Source: Candidatus Eiseniibacteriota bacterium (GTDB lineage: Bacteria > ARS69). From it: DNA of 64,000 nt. The notes under the pieces are model-generated. The model was not told the DNA's origin. It saw nothing but the letters and a program-made list of their open reading frames with translations, and ran no database searches. A program made the translations under genes and the position numbers. How positions within the stretch are numbered: position 1 is the stretch's first letter; each line of letters starts with the position of its first letter. The stretch covers positions 1 to 64,000 of the forward strand of contig JBQTGV010000058.1 of the NCBI GenBank assembly GCA_052390515.1. Reading direction: 5' to 3'. This document shows positions 29,359 through 40,150 of the stretch, piece by piece.

Positions 29359-30861
29359 CGGCTCGGCGAGGGGGCATTCGGCGAAGTGTTCCGTGCCTGG
29401 GACCCGAGGCTCGAGCGCGAGGTCGCCCTCAAGCTCCTCAAGGCTGCCGGCGGGAAGAGCCCGATCGCCTCGAACGTGATCGCCGAAGGCCGGCTGCTCG
29501 CCAAGCTTCGCCACCCGAACGTCGTCACCGTCCACGGCGCTGAGGTCCACGGCGAACGGGTCGGCGTCTGGATGGAGTTCGTCCGCGGGCGCTCGCTCGA
29601 GCAGATCCTCCGCGACCACGGGCCTTTCGGCGCGCGGGAGGCGGGGCTCATCGGCATCGACGTCTGCCGCGCGCTGGCGGCGGTGCACCGGGCCGGCGTC
29701 ATTCACCGCGACGTCAAAGCACAGAATGCGATGCGCGAGGAAGGCGGACGCATCGTGCTGATGGACTTCGGCGCGGGAATCGAGGCGAGCGACGCCGAGA
29801 GCACGAGGAACATCTCCGGCACGCCGCTCTACATGGCGCCCGAGCTGCTTCGTGGAGAGACGGCGACGACGCGTTCGGACATCTACAGCCTGGGCGTGCT
29901 GCTTCACCGCCTGGTCAGCGGAACGTTTCCGATCGAGGCCTCTTCCTGGAGCGAGCTCCGCCAGAAGCACGCGCGGCGGGAATCGAGACTGCTGCGCGAC
30001 GAGCGCCCCGATCTACCGGAGGCGTTCGTGCGGGTGGTGGAGCGTGCCACCGCCTGGGTGCCCGAGGAGCGTTTCGCAACGGCTGGAGAGATGCAGCGCG
30101 CCTTGTCGCAGGCGCTCGGTGTCGAGGAGCACCGCGCTCGGCGGCCTCCCGGAACCCGGGTCATCGCCGGCGGCGCCGTGCTCGTGTCCGCCGCCGTCGT
30201 CGCCGTGCTGCTGATGACGGGAGACAGACAGGATCGGACGACGACACCGACCCTGAACGAGAAGTCCGCCGCCCCCGCCGAACCCGAGGTCCCCGCGGCC
30301 TACACCGTCGAGGCGGGACTCTTCCGCGCACCGCGGGGCGGCGTGCGGGAGCGCATCGAGCCCGGGGCCCAGCTGGCGCTGGGAGACCGGCTCTCCCTCG
30401 AGATCCAGGCGTCGACGCCGCTCCACGTCTACGTCATCAACGAGGACGACGCCGGACGCGCCTTCGCCCTCTTCCCGCTGCCCGGGATCGAGCCGGGGAA
30501 TCCGCTGCCGCCGAACGTGCGGCACGTGCTGCCAGGACAGCGCGACGGGAAGAGCATGTCGTGGACCGTGGACACGCCGGGCGGCCAGGAGCACCTGATG
30601 GTGCTGGCCAGCCCCACCCGGCTGATCGAGTTCGAGGTGGAGATGAACGGCTTGGCCCGTCCCGGTCAGTCGGCGGTTTCGATCCCCGAGTCGGCGAAGA
30701 GCCGGCTGCGAGGTATCGGATCTCTCGAGGAGTCGCCCGCGGCGGTAGAGGGCCAGCCGGCGACTCGCCTCTTCGAGCTCGTCGAGCAGCTCGCCGCCGG
30801 CTCGGAAACGGTCCGCGGCGTCTGGATGCGACGCATCGACCTGGCGAACCCCCAGCGATAG
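29356..30861 (+). pseudogene. 5'-truncated Ser/Thr kinase-TM-DUF4384, paralogue of 16700..18373
   Basis: Kinase homology begins at DRLGEGAFGEVFRAWDP with no in-frame start nearby; upstream DNA is the antisense of the propeller gene; HRDVKAQN, DFG, GTPLYMAPE and DUF4384 are intact. Confidence 0.75.
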
Positions 30862-30994
30862 AAGCCCCGCCCGTCTACGGCGTGTAGCGGCCCTCTCCAT
30901 CAGCACGGCGAGACTCTCCCTGCCTGGTCCTGGAGCGGACGGGTTGGCGCGTCAGCGATCGCCGGGGTTCCGTGCTACGCCGAGTCGAGCTGCC

Positions 30995-32041
30995 TCACGG
31001 CGTGATGGCGACCTTGAGCACTCCGTCACGCTGGTTGGCGAAGAGCTCGTAGGCTTCCTCGATCTGGTCGAGCTTGAAGCGGTGCGTGACGAGAGGGCGA
31101 AGATCCGCGCGCCCGGACGCGAGCACGTTCATGAGCCGGCGCATTCGCTCCTTGCCGCCGGGGCAGAGCGTCGTCACCACGGTGTGGTCGCCGAGCCCGG
31201 CGGCGAACGCGTCGAGCGGCAGCGTGAGCTTGCCGGAGTACACGCCGAGGCTCGAGAGCACGCCGCCCGGCCGCAGCACGCGCAGGCAGTTCTCGAACGT
31301 CTCCTGTATCCCGAGCGCCTCGACGGCGACGTCCACCCCGCGGCCGTCCGTGGCGTCCAGGATCGTCTTCACGGGATCGTGTTGCGTGTGATCGATGCAC
31401 ACGTCCGCGCCGAGCTTCCGCGACATGGCCAGCCGCTCCGGCACCGAGTCCACCGCGAAGATCCGCGTCGCGCCCATGAGCTTCGCCCCGACCGTCGCAC
31501 ACAGCCCGATCGGCCCCTGCGCGAACACCGCCACGGTGTCGCCGATCTTGATCCGCCCGCTCTCCGCGCCGCCGAAGCCCGTGCTCATGATGTCCGGGCA
31601 CATGAGCACCTGCTCGTCGGTCAGGTTGTCCGGGATGGCCGCGAGGTTCGCGGCCGCGTCGGGGATCAGCACGAACTCCGCCTGCGTACCGTCGATCGTG
31701 TTGCCCAGCCGCCAGCCGCCCATCGGCTTGCCGCCGCACTGCGCCTGGCTCCCGCCGAGACACGACCCGCACTGACCGCAGGGGGTGATCGCGCCGACGA
31801 CCACGCGCTGGCCGATCTCGTAGCCGGTGACGGCCTCGCCGAGCTTCTCGATCATGCCGACCGGCTCGTGGCCGACGGTCAGCCCGCGCGCGACCGGATA
31901 CTCTCCCTTGAGGATGTGCACGTCGGTACCGCAGATCGTCGTCGTCGTCACGCGCAGCAATGCGTCGCGCGGACCGACTCGAGGGATGGGCTTCTCTTTC
32001 AGGACGATACGACCGGGTTCCACGAGCACGGCGGCTTTCAT
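30995..32041 (-). CDS. Zinc-dependent NAD(P) alcohol dehydrogenase (MDR family)
   Basis: TTICGTD, GHEPVG, CGQCGSC...C, QGPIG; RBS AGGAGG. Confidence 0.93.
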   Translation of the reverse strand: MKAAVLVEPGRIVLKEKPIPRVGPRDALLRVTTTTICGTDVHILKGEYPVARGLTVGHEPVGMIEKLGEAVTGYEIGQRVVVGAITPCGQCGSCLGGSQAQCGGKPMGGWRLGNTIDGTQAEFVLIPDAAANLAAIPDNLTDEQVLMCPDIMSTGFGGAESGRIKIGDTVAVFAQGPIGLCATVGAKLMGATRIFAVDSVPERLAMSRKLGADVCIDHTQHDPVKTILDATDGRGVDVAVEALGIQETFENCLRVLRPGGVLSSLGVYSGKLTLPLDAFAAGLGDHTVVTTLCPGGKERMRRLMNVLASGRADLRPLVTHRFKLDQIEEAYELFANQRDGVLKVAITP

Positions 32042-32150
32042 CGTGCTCCTCCTTCCCGCTGAGCGTCCCTGTGAGCGAAGGGCGGCGGGAGAGGCTCAGC
32101 TACCAAGCTACGCGGGGGATGGTTCGGGGAACAGACCGTGCCAGCTCCGC

Positions 32151-32516
32151 CTACGGAGTGTAGCGGCTCTTCTCCAGGAGCACGGCCAGGCTCTCGAGCC
32201 CGATCGTGAAGGCGGAGCGGAACGTGCCCTCGACGCCCACGTTCGCGCCGACGCGCGGTGCTCCACCCGACTCGCTGACGACGCGCAGCGTTCCCGTGCC
32301 GTCGTTCACCTGGTACGTGCCGAGCCCGAGCGCGCCCACCCCGCTCTCGACGTCGCCCACGATCCGCACCGTCTTCCCCTCGAAGCGGGAAGGATCATCG
32401 AGGAGCGTGGTGATGGGTACCCTCGGTGCGGCACAGCCGTGCAGGAGCAAAGTGCTGACGACGAGAAGCCCCGGCAGGGCGACCGACCGGCGCGTTTCCT
32501 TCGGCGAACTCTCCAT
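32151..32516 (-). CDS. Small lipoprotein, probable OB-fold
   Basis: Lipobox LLHGC; 'ITTLLDDPSRFEGKTVRIVGDV...YQVNDGTGTLRV' OB-fold-like pattern. Confidence 0.65.
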   Translation of the reverse strand: MESSPKETRRSVALPGLLVVSTLLLHGCAAPRVPITTLLDDPSRFEGKTVRIVGDVESGVGALGLGTYQVNDGTGTLRVVSESGGAPRVGANVGVEGTFRSAFTIGLESLAVLLEKSRYTP

Positions 32517-32605
32517 GTACGTGCGCTCCACATTTCGAGGCCAGGATCACGACAACTCGAGCACATCCTACCACGACGTGTCCGGCCCGTCCCAGGCGGC
32601 TCCCG

Positions 32606-35600
32606 TCAGCGAACTGCCTCCTCCGGCTTGCCCCATGCTTCGTACAGCGCCGCCAGCCGCTCACGCGCCGCGGTTCGCCGCGCCTCCCATCGCCCGCGTG
32701 CATCCAGCCTCTCGTGGCCCTCGCGGAGCAGCGGCTCCGCCTCCGCGAAACGGCGCTGCCCGCCGACCGCTTCGCCCAGGACGCTCATCGCCTCGCCGAT
32801 ACGCCAGTCCGCGGCATCCAGGTGGCGCTGTCGGATCACCAGCGCCTCCCGCGCCGGGGGCTCCGCGCCTGCGTGGTCGCCGCGCCGGCACGATGCCTCC
32901 GCGAGCGCCACCAGCGCGGCGGCGACGTCCGGGTGATCGTCGCCCTGCATCCGGCGCGCGCGCTCGACGGCGCCACGCAGGAGCGTCTCCGCCTCCTCCG
33001 CTCGTCCCATCTCGCACAGGAACCGGCCGAGGTCGACGTCTCGCAGCGCCACGTCGATGTGCTCCTCGCCGCGGATCTCCCGGACGAGCGCGCACGCCTC
33101 GCGCAGCAGCTCCTCCGCCTCCTCGTCCCGCGACGTGGCATGGAGGATCTCGGCGTACACGGCCAGGTTGCCGGGCCCAGCGCGATCGTGGCGCCCGCCC
33201 AACCTCGCCCGCCGGTCCAGCCCCTTCTTCAGCAGCCGCTCGGCCTCCACCAGGTCCCCGCGCTCCCACTGGCGCATCGCCAGAGACTGCATGGCGTAGG
33301 CTCCGTTCGGATCGCCGACGCCGAGCTTCGCGCGCAACGAAGCCAGCGAGTCGCCGGTCGCGGGCCACGCCGTTCGCCGCTGCGCTAGTTGCAGCGTCTC
33401 GCGGAACTCGCTCGAAGAGGGGACGGCGAACACCAGCTCCTCCGCAGCGAAGAGTGCGAGCGCCCAGTCGCCGGGAGCCGCCTCCGGCGACTCCAGCATT
33501 TCCCGGACGAGCACGTTCGTCCAGACCCCTTCGCCCATCAGCTCGGTGTATGCGTGCATGTCATAGCACCTCGCCAAGGCGAACTCCGCCGCCATGTCAC
33601 GCTCGATCTCGGTAAGATCGCCGCGCCCGCGGATCTCCGTTGCCGCATCCGACAGCTCCAGCCAGAAGCGGTCGTTCGCGGGCGTGATGGAGAGGTCGCG
33701 GAGGATCTGCCGGCGCACGTGTGGGCCGGCGATCTCCTCGGCGCGAGCAACCGCCGCATCGAAGAGCGCCCCGCGACGCTCGTACAGCTCCATCACCGCC
33801 GCGTCCTTCACCGGCTGCCCGTGAGCGGTGCTGCCCTCGATGCGCTTCATGACATGCGCCGGCGCCAGCTTCTCGCCCTCCAGCGCGTCGATCCACGCCA
33901 CGGCGGCTTGCCGTGCCTCGCGGTGCGTCTCGCGGTCTTGCACACGCCGCTCCTCCGGCCGCGAATCGAGTACGCGGACCTCCGTCCGGCCGAGAGCCAG
34001 GCGCTCCCCGTCGGGACTGAACGCGAGCCCGGTCAGTCCGCCTTCGGCTCGACGAGCCAGCAGCTCTCGCCAGGTGGACGGCTCCCAGAAGAGGATGGAG
34101 CCGTCGACCGCTCCGGAGACGACCCGCCTGCCGTCCGGCGACCGCACGATCCCTTCCACGCGGTCGGAGTGCGCCGCGAGAACGTCACCGAACGAGCTGC
34201 GGTCGAGATCCCACAGCGCGAGTCCGCCGGTAGCCAGACCACACACCAGCGAACCCCAATCCTCGAACAGCGCGAGCGCCGTGATGCCCGCGGAGTCCGG
34301 CGCCACGCGCGTTTCGAGCAGCGTGCCCGCGGCCGGATCCCACTCGCGCAGCGTCCCGTCCGCGCCACCCGTCCACACGCGCCGTCCATCCCTCGAGAAG
34401 GCGACGTCCTCGACGGTGCCTCGGTGCCCCCACAACTCGACGAAGCGATCGGCCTCCGGCGCGAAGACGCGGGCGAGTCCGTGATTCCCGACGACCGCGA
34501 CGCGCGTGCCGTCGGGGCTCCAGGCCACGCCCCGCGGGTCGTGCCCCCAGAACACCTCCGGCGCATACGTCGTGAGTCCGCTGGCCGCGTCGAAGATCTT
34601 GAGCCGGCCCTGTTCCCAGCCGCTCGCGACGGCCACGGCGAACCGCGAGCCATCCGGGCTCATCGCCGCATCGATCACTGCATTCGAGTGGGCGTGCGTG
34701 ACGGCGAACTGATACCACCCGCCTACTGTGTGCGGATCGTCGAGGTCGATGAGCGTGGCGACGCGGGGCTTGTCGAACCTCGAAAGATCGCCGACGGCGA
34801 GCAGCCCCTTCGGTGGAAGGAAAAGGAGTGGCCGCGCCATACTGCTGCGCAGGAACGCCCAATCCGGGAACAGCGGCCACTGATGCACGACGCCGCGGGC
34901 ATGCACCGTCACGAGGCGGCCTGCCCCTGGGTCCCAGGCGATCGATAGGGTGGGGCTCGCTTCACCCCGAAGCTCGCCGCGCGGCTGCGGGCCGACCGGA
35001 CGGTACGCGCGCAGGACCCCGTCTCGACCGGCGCCGACGAGCGCGCCGCTTCCGGCCAGATCCAGGAACGCCACGTCTCCGCCGATCAGCGCACCGTAGC
35101 CGCCGACCTTGTCGAGAGAGGTGCGCAGGTCCCAGGTCGACGTGTCGTACAGCCTCGCTTGCGAAAGACCGAGCACGGCGAGAAGCGTTCCATCGGCGGA
35201 GAAGCCGCAGGTGGTCGTCGGACCCGTGCCCCGAAGCTCGCGCAAGATGCGGCCGGAGGGAACGTCGATCACGCACACCCTCTCCGCCTCGAGGGGCGAG
35301 ACGACGAGCATCCCTCCGTCGGGGCTGAATGCGCCCCATGTGGTCGACGGGTCGAACGGAACCTCGGCGCGGCACACCTCGGCCCAGTCGCTCAGCCGGA
35401 CGACGACGACGGTGCTGCTCGTGGCAAGCGCGACGTGGACACCCCCGGCGTCGAAACCCAGCAGCGACTCGTAGCTCCCGGCGGCTTCCGAGGACAGTCG
35501 TTCCTCTCCCGTGGTCAGGTCCCAGATCTGCACCGACCCGGGGCTGGTGGCACCGTAGGCGAGCAGCCGGCCGTCAGGACTGAAGCACAGGTTCGAAGCG

Positions 35601-37081
35601 AACGACTCCCATGTGGGGAACTCGTGCAGCTGCCTGCCGTCCCGTGCGTCGTACACGCGAATCGGTGCGATTCGACCGCCGGCAGCGCGCGCCGCGACGA
35701 GGCGTCCGTCCTCGCTGAGGCGCATGCAGTAACCGTTCTTCGTCGGAGGCAGCTCCAGCGTGGTGGCCAAGCTTCGATCCGCCTCGCTCCAGAGCCACTC
35801 CCACTCGAATCCCCGCAGCTCCTCGGAGGTCGACGCGAGGTGCCGGCGCACCGCGGCGGCGTCGTTGAGATCCAGCGCCGCCGCCGCCGCCGCGAGCGAC
35901 GCGGTGTACACGCGGAACTCGGCCTCCCGGCGCGCCGCCTCAGCGCGAAAGAACAGGATCGTGCTCACGATCGTCGCCGCGACGAGAACCAGGAGCACGA
36001 GTGCCGACGCGGCCACTCCCACGCGATGTCGCCGCACGAACTTCTTCGCCAGATACGCGGGACTGGGAGGAGCCGCCATCACCGGGCGGTGATCGAGGTG
36101 CCGCTGGATGTCCGCCGCCAGCTCGCTGGCCGAGTCGTAGCGGCGCGTGCGGTCCTTCTCCAGCGCCTTCATCACGATCGCGTCCAGGTCGCCGCGAAGC
36201 TGGCGATGCAAGGTCATCGGATCCGTCCGGCGGCTCTCCGCGGTGCTCGTGGACTGCCGGCCGAGCGCGCGAATGCGCGTGCTGGGCTTCGCCGGATCCC
36301 GGTCGCGGATCGTCCGGCGCATCTCATCGGTTCCCTCCTTGCGAAGGGTCGCGGAGTCGAACGGAAGCTCTCCCACCAGGAGCACGTAGAGCAGCACGCC
36401 GAGCGAGTAGACGTCGGTGCGCGTGTCGACGTCGGCGCTCGTCGGCTCGGCCTGCTCGGGGCTCATGTACTCCAGCGTTCCCACCACCGCACCGAGCTCG
36501 GTATAGAGCGTACGCTCGGTGAGCCGCTGGTCGAACGCCTTGGCGAGACCGAAGTCGATGATCTTCGGCACCGGCTTGTCGTCCTGCGCGCGCACCAGCA
36601 CGTTCGAGGGCTTCAGGTCCCGGTGGATCACACCCTTCTGGTGAGCGTGCTGCACGCCTTCGCACACTCTCGTGAAGAGATCGAGGCGCTCGCGCATGGG
36701 GAGACGCTGCCGATCGCAGTAGTCGGTGATGGGCTCGCCGTCGACGTGCTCCATGGCGAAGAACGGCCGGCCCTGCTCGGTGGACCCCGCGTCGAAGACC
36801 CGGGCAATGCTGGGATGGTTCATCAGGGCGAGCGCCTGGCGCTCCGCATCGAACCGCGCGAGGACCGACGCGGTGTCCATGCCCGCCTTGATCAGCTTGA
36901 GCGCGACGCGCCGCCGGACGGGCCGCTCTTGCTGGGCGAGCCACACCTCGCCCATGCCGCCCTCGCCGATCTTCTGGAGGAGGTGGTAGGGGCCGATCGT
37001 CATCCGGGGTACGGCGGCACCCGGCATGGTGGGGAGCTGGCTCGGGTCCAGCGTGTCATCGGGGTGGTCGGCGTCGGCCAT
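32606..37081 (-). CDS. Ser/Thr kinase with TM segment, WD40 repeats and C-terminal TPRs
   Basis: [33 protein letters not shown]40 '[15 protein letters not shown]...DGTLREWD'; TPR tail. Confidence 0.92.
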   Translation of the reverse strand: MADADHPDDTLDPSQLPTMPGAAVPRMTIGPYHLLQKIGEGGMGEVWLAQQERPVRRRVALKLIKAGMDTASVLARFDAERQALALMNHPSIARVFDAGSTEQGRPFFAMEHVDGEPITDYCDRQRLPMRERLDLFTRVCEGVQHAHQKGVIHRDLKPSNVLVRAQDDKPVPKIIDFGLAKAFDQRLTERTLYTELGAVVGTLEYMSPEQAEPTSADVDTRTDVYSLGVLLYVLLVGELPFDSATLRKEGTDEMRRTIRDRDPAKPSTRIRALGRQSTSTAESRRTDPMTLHRQLRGDLDAIVMKALEKDRTRRYDSASELAADIQRHLDHRPVMAAPPSPAYLAKKFVRRHRVGVAASALVLLVLVAATIVSTILFFRAEAARREAEFRVYTASLAAAAAALDLNDAAAVRRHLASTSEELRGFEWEWLWSEADRSLATTLELPPTKNGYCMRLSEDGRLVAARAAGGRIAPIRVYDARDGRQLHEFPTWESFASNLCFSPDGRLLAYGATSPGSVQIWDLTTGEERLSSEAAGSYESLLGFDAGGVHVALATSSTVVVVRLSDWAEVCRAEVPFDPSTTWGAFSPDGGMLVVSPLEAERVCVIDVPSGRILRELRGTGPTTTCGFSADGTLLAVLGLSQARLYDTSTWDLRTSLDKVGGYGALIGGDVAFLDLAGSGALVGAGRDGVLRAYRPVGPQPRGELRGEASPTLSIAWDPGAGRLVTVHARGVVHQWPLFPDWAFLRSSMARPLLFLPPKGLLAVGDLSRFDKPRVATLIDLDDPHTVGGWYQFAVTHAHSNAVIDAAMSPDGSRFAVAVASGWEQGRLKIFDAASGLTTYAPEVFWGHDPRGVAWSPDGTRVAVVGNHGLARVFAPEADRFVELWGHRGTVEDVAFSRDGRRVWTGGADGTLREWDPAAGTLLETRVAPDSAGITALALFEDWGSLVCGLATGGLALWDLDRSSFGDVLAAHSDRVEGIVRSPDGRRVVSGAVDGSILFWEPSTWRELLARRAEGGLTGLAFSPDGERLALGRTEVRVLDSRPEERRVQDRETHREARQAAVAWIDALEGEKLAPAHVMKRIEGSTAHGQPVKDAAVMELYERRGALFDAAVARAEEIAGPHVRRQILRDLSITPANDRFWLELSDAATEIRGRGDLTEIERDMAAEFALARCYDMHAYTELMGEGVWTNVLVREMLESPEAAPGDWALALFAAEELVFAVPSSSEFRETLQLAQRRTAWPATGDSLASLRAKLGVGDPNGAYAMQSLAMRQWERGDLVEAERLLKKGLDRRARLGGRHDRAGPGNLAVYAEILHATSRDEEAEELLREACALVREIRGEEHIDVALRDVDLGRFLCEMGRAEEAETLLRGAVERARRMQGDDHPDVAAALVALAEASCRRGDHAGAEPPAREALVIRQRHLDAADWRIGEAMSVLGEAVGGQRRFAEAEPLLREGHERLDARGRWEARRTAARERLAALYEAWGKPEEAVR

Positions 37082-37284
37082 CGGGTTCGGAGGTTACACG
37101 CTGGGGCTCGGCGGGGATAGGCGAAGCCAGGTCGAACGCCGCGCTCCCGACTTGACGCGCCGCGTGGTGGTTCGTGGGTGCTCGTGGTCCGGCTCCTTGG
37201 CAAGCCCGCGTGCCCGCGGGTCCCGGAGCTGGGCTCGGGATCCGGATTCGGAGTAGCATCACCGCCTGATCCGAGGAGCGCGCC

Positions 37285-40053
37285 ATGCCGCCCGCCGACG
37301 ATACGGCCCAGAACCCACGTTCCGAGCGGACCCTTCCGGTTGCAGCGGCGCCCTCCGCCGGGGCGCCGTCCGCCGGGGCGATGCCGGAGTCCATCGGGCA
37401 GTACCGGGTGCTCTCGGAGCTCGGCCGAGGCGGCATGGGGGTCGTGTACGAGGCCGAGCAGGCGAGCCCGCGCCGGCGCGTGGCGGTGAAGGTGATCCGG
37501 GGCGGGCAGTTCGTCGACGAGCAGCGCATCCGCATGTTCCAGCGGGAGGCCGACACACTCGCGCTGCTGGAGCACCCCAACATCGGCGCCATCTACGAGT
37601 CCGGGCGCACCGCGGACGGGCACCACTTCTTCGCCATGGAGCTCGTGCGCGGCCGCACGCTCGGCGACTGGCTGGCGGCGCGGCCGCAGCCCGCCGCCGC
37701 AGCGGAGCGGCGCCTTCGGCTCGAGCTGTTCCGGACGATCAGCGACGCGGTGCACTACGCGCACCGCCGCGGGGTCATCCACCGGGACCTGAAGCCGGGC
37801 AACATCGTGGTGGTGGCGAGCGCGGACGATTCCTCCGGCACGTCGTCCGGATCCGGGAGCCGCTCTCCCGCCGTCAAGATCCTCGACTTCGGCTTGGCCC
37901 GGATCACCGACGGCGACCTCGCGCTGGCCAGCATGACCACCGAGGTCGGCGTCATCAAGGGCACGCTCTCGTACATGTCGCCGGAGCAGGCGCGTGCCGA
38001 TCCCACGCGGATCGACCTGCGCAGCGACGTGTACGCGCTCGGCGTGATCCTCTACGAGATGCTGACCGGGACGCGCCCACACGACCTGACCGCCAAGCCG
38101 CTTCCCGAGGCGGTGCGCATCCTCTGCGAGGAGGCCGCCCCGCGGCTCGGACAGAGCAGTTCCGGGAGGGTCGACGCGGACCTCGAGACGATCGTGGGCA
38201 AGGCGCTCTCCAAGGATCCGGACCTGCGTTACGAGAGCGCGGCCGCGCTCTCCGAGGACGTCCACCGCTGGCTGACGCAGCAGCCCATCCTGGCGCGGCC
38301 GCCGACCACCATGTACCAGCTCCGCAAGTTCGCCGCGCGCAACCGTGCGCTGGTCGGCGGGCTGGCGGCCACGTTCGTGGCGCTCCTGGCCGGCGTCTTC
38401 GTGAGCACGACGCTCGGCCTGCGCGAGGCCGCCCAGCGCAGCGCCGCGGAGGACGCCCGCGCCGATCTGCAGACAGTGGTGGACTTTCAGACCGAGATGC
38501 TGCGCGGGGTGGATCCCGAGCGCATGGGGCTGTCGCTGCTGGCGGACATGCGCGAGCGCGTGCGCGAGGCGGCGGGACGCGCCGGGCTCACGACCGAAGA
38601 GACGGATGCCGCCGTGGCCGCGCTCGACGGCGTGAACGGCACGACCGCCGCGCTCCGGCTGATCGACGCCGAGGTGCTGGACCCGGCCGCGGCCGCCGTG
38701 GACTCCCGGACGGACCTCGACCCGATGGTCGCCGCGCAGCTGCACGGGACGCTCTCGCGCACGCGCTCGGGCCTCGGCCTCTACGAGGGCGCGGTGGAGC
38801 AGGCCTCGCGCGTGGTCGAGCTGCTCGAGCGGGAGCGCGGCGCGGAAGCGCGTGAGACCCTGCGAGCGCGTACGGAGCTGGCTTGGGCCGTGGGGCTCGC
38901 CGGCCGCGACGCGGAGGCCGAGGTCATGCTGCGAGATGTCCTGGCCGCGCAGCAGCGCCTGCTGCCGGCCGACGACCCGGACCTCCTGCGTACCACGGGC
39001 AACTTGGCCGGCGTGATCGAGGGTCAGGAGCGCGCCGAGGAGGCCATCCCGCTGCACCGGCAGACGCTCGAGGCATGGCGCCGCGCCGGCGGCGACGACC
39101 ACCCCGAGGTGCTCGAGTCGCAGCGGAACCTGGCTTACGCGTTGGCGGCAGCGGGTCAGTTCGAGGAAGCCGAGCCTCTCCTTCTGGACACCATCGAGAC
39201 GGGACGGCGCCTCCATGGCGAGCGCGACTCCGGCACGCTTTCCGCCATGATCAACCTGGCCGCCGCGTACTACGACGAGGGCCGCAACGACGACGCGGAG
39301 AAGCTCGCGCTCGAGGTGCTGGAGGTCTACCGCCGCATGCACGGGGACGACCACCCCAAGACGCTCGTGGTACAGAACAACCTGGCAGCGCTCTACCTCG
39401 ACACGGGCCGGCCGGAGGCGGCGGAGGAGCTTCACCGCCGCACGCTGGAGGTGCGAATGCGAACGCTCGGTCCGATGCATCCGTTCACGCTGACCTCGCT
39501 GCGCAATCTCGGACTGGTGTGCTGGGACCTCGGCAAGGACGCCGAAGCGGAGGACCTGCACCAGCGCGCGCTGGCCGGCCGGCGCCGTGTGCTCGGCAAC
39601 GACGATCCGCGCACGATCGAGTCGCTGGCGGACCTGGGCGTCTGGTACGCGCGGCGTGGGCGTTCGGCCGACGCCGAGCCGCTGCTCGAGGAGCAGGTGG
39701 CGGCGAACCGCCGGCTGCTCGGGGAGGACGACGCGTTGCTGTACTTCTCGCTGGCCGATCTCGCCAACGTCGAGAAGCGGCTCGGCAAGCACGACGAGGC
39801 CGGTGCCCTCTACCGCGCGGCGTACGACGGGCTGCGGCGCCTGGACCACCCGAGTGCGGCCGTCGTGTCCTACAACTTGGCGTGCCTGGCCGCAGTCCGC
39901 GGGGACGCGGAGGGGGCTCTCCGCGCGCTGGCCGCCGCGGTGGACGCGGGTCTCGACGCGGCCGACCACATGGAGCAGGACGAGGATCTGCGTTCATTGC
40001 GCGGACGGCCGGAGTTCGCGGAGATCGTGGCGCGGGCGCGGGGTGGTGGCTGA
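37285..40053 (+). CDS. Ser/Thr kinase with TM segment and TPR repeats
   Basis: LGRGGMGVVY, HRDLKPGN, DFG, MSPEQ; TPRs ending 'YNLACLAA...DEDLRSLRGRPEF'; RBS GAGGAG. Confidence 0.92.
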   Translation: MPPADDTAQNPRSERTLPVAAAPSAGAPSAGAMPESIGQYRVLSELGRGGMGVVYEAEQASPRRRVAVKVIRGGQFVDEQRIRMFQREADTLALLEHPNIGAIYESGRTADGHHFFAMELVRGRTLGDWLAARPQPAAAAERRLRLELFRTISDAVHYAHRRGVIHRDLKPGNIVVVASADDSSGTSSGSGSRSPAVKILDFGLARITDGDLALASMTTEVGVIKGTLSYMSPEQARADPTRIDLRSDVYALGVILYEMLTGTRPHDLTAKPLPEAVRILCEEAAPRLGQSSSGRVDADLETIVGKALSKDPDLRYESAAALSEDVHRWLTQQPILARPPTTMYQLRKFAARNRALVGGLAATFVALLAGVFVSTTLGLREAAQRSAAEDARADLQTVVDFQTEMLRGVDPERMGLSLLADMRERVREAAGRAGLTTEETDAAVAALDGVNGTTAALRLIDAEVLDPAAAAVDSRTDLDPMVAAQLHGTLSRTRSGLGLYEGAVEQASRVVELLERERGAEARETLRARTELAWAVGLAGRDAEAEVMLRDVLAAQQRLLPADDPDLLRTTGNLAGVIEGQERAEEAIPLHRQTLEAWRRAGGDDHPEVLESQRNLAYALAAAGQFEEAEPLLLDTIETGRRLHGERDSGTLSAMINLAAAYYDEGRNDDAEKLALEVLEVYRRMHGDDHPKTLVVQNNLAALYLDTGRPEAAEELHRRTLEVRMRTLGPMHPFTLTSLRNLGLVCWDLGKDAEAEDLHQRALAGRRRVLGNDDPRTIESLADLGVWYARRGRSADAEPLLEEQVAANRRLLGEDDALLYFSLADLANVEKRLGKHDEAGALYRAAYDGLRRLDHPSAAVVSYNLACLAAVRGDAEGALRALAAAVDAGLDAADHMEQDEDLRSLRGRPEFAEIVARARGGG

Positions 40054-40150
40054 GCCGAGAAGTCTTGGAGGGAGCGCCGTCGGTTGATTGTCGTCGTCGT
40101 GGCTCGTCATGGCCTTGCCTTGTCGGACCGGGAGTGTGCGACAGATCGCA

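Noticed and set aside
37000-39969. Very long antisense or alternative-frame ORFs (also 2999..5050, 21457..23673, 41187..43391, 58954..61056)
   Set aside because: Shadow ORFs of real genes in high-GC DNA; Arg/Pro/Ala-rich or antisense-codon composition with no motifs
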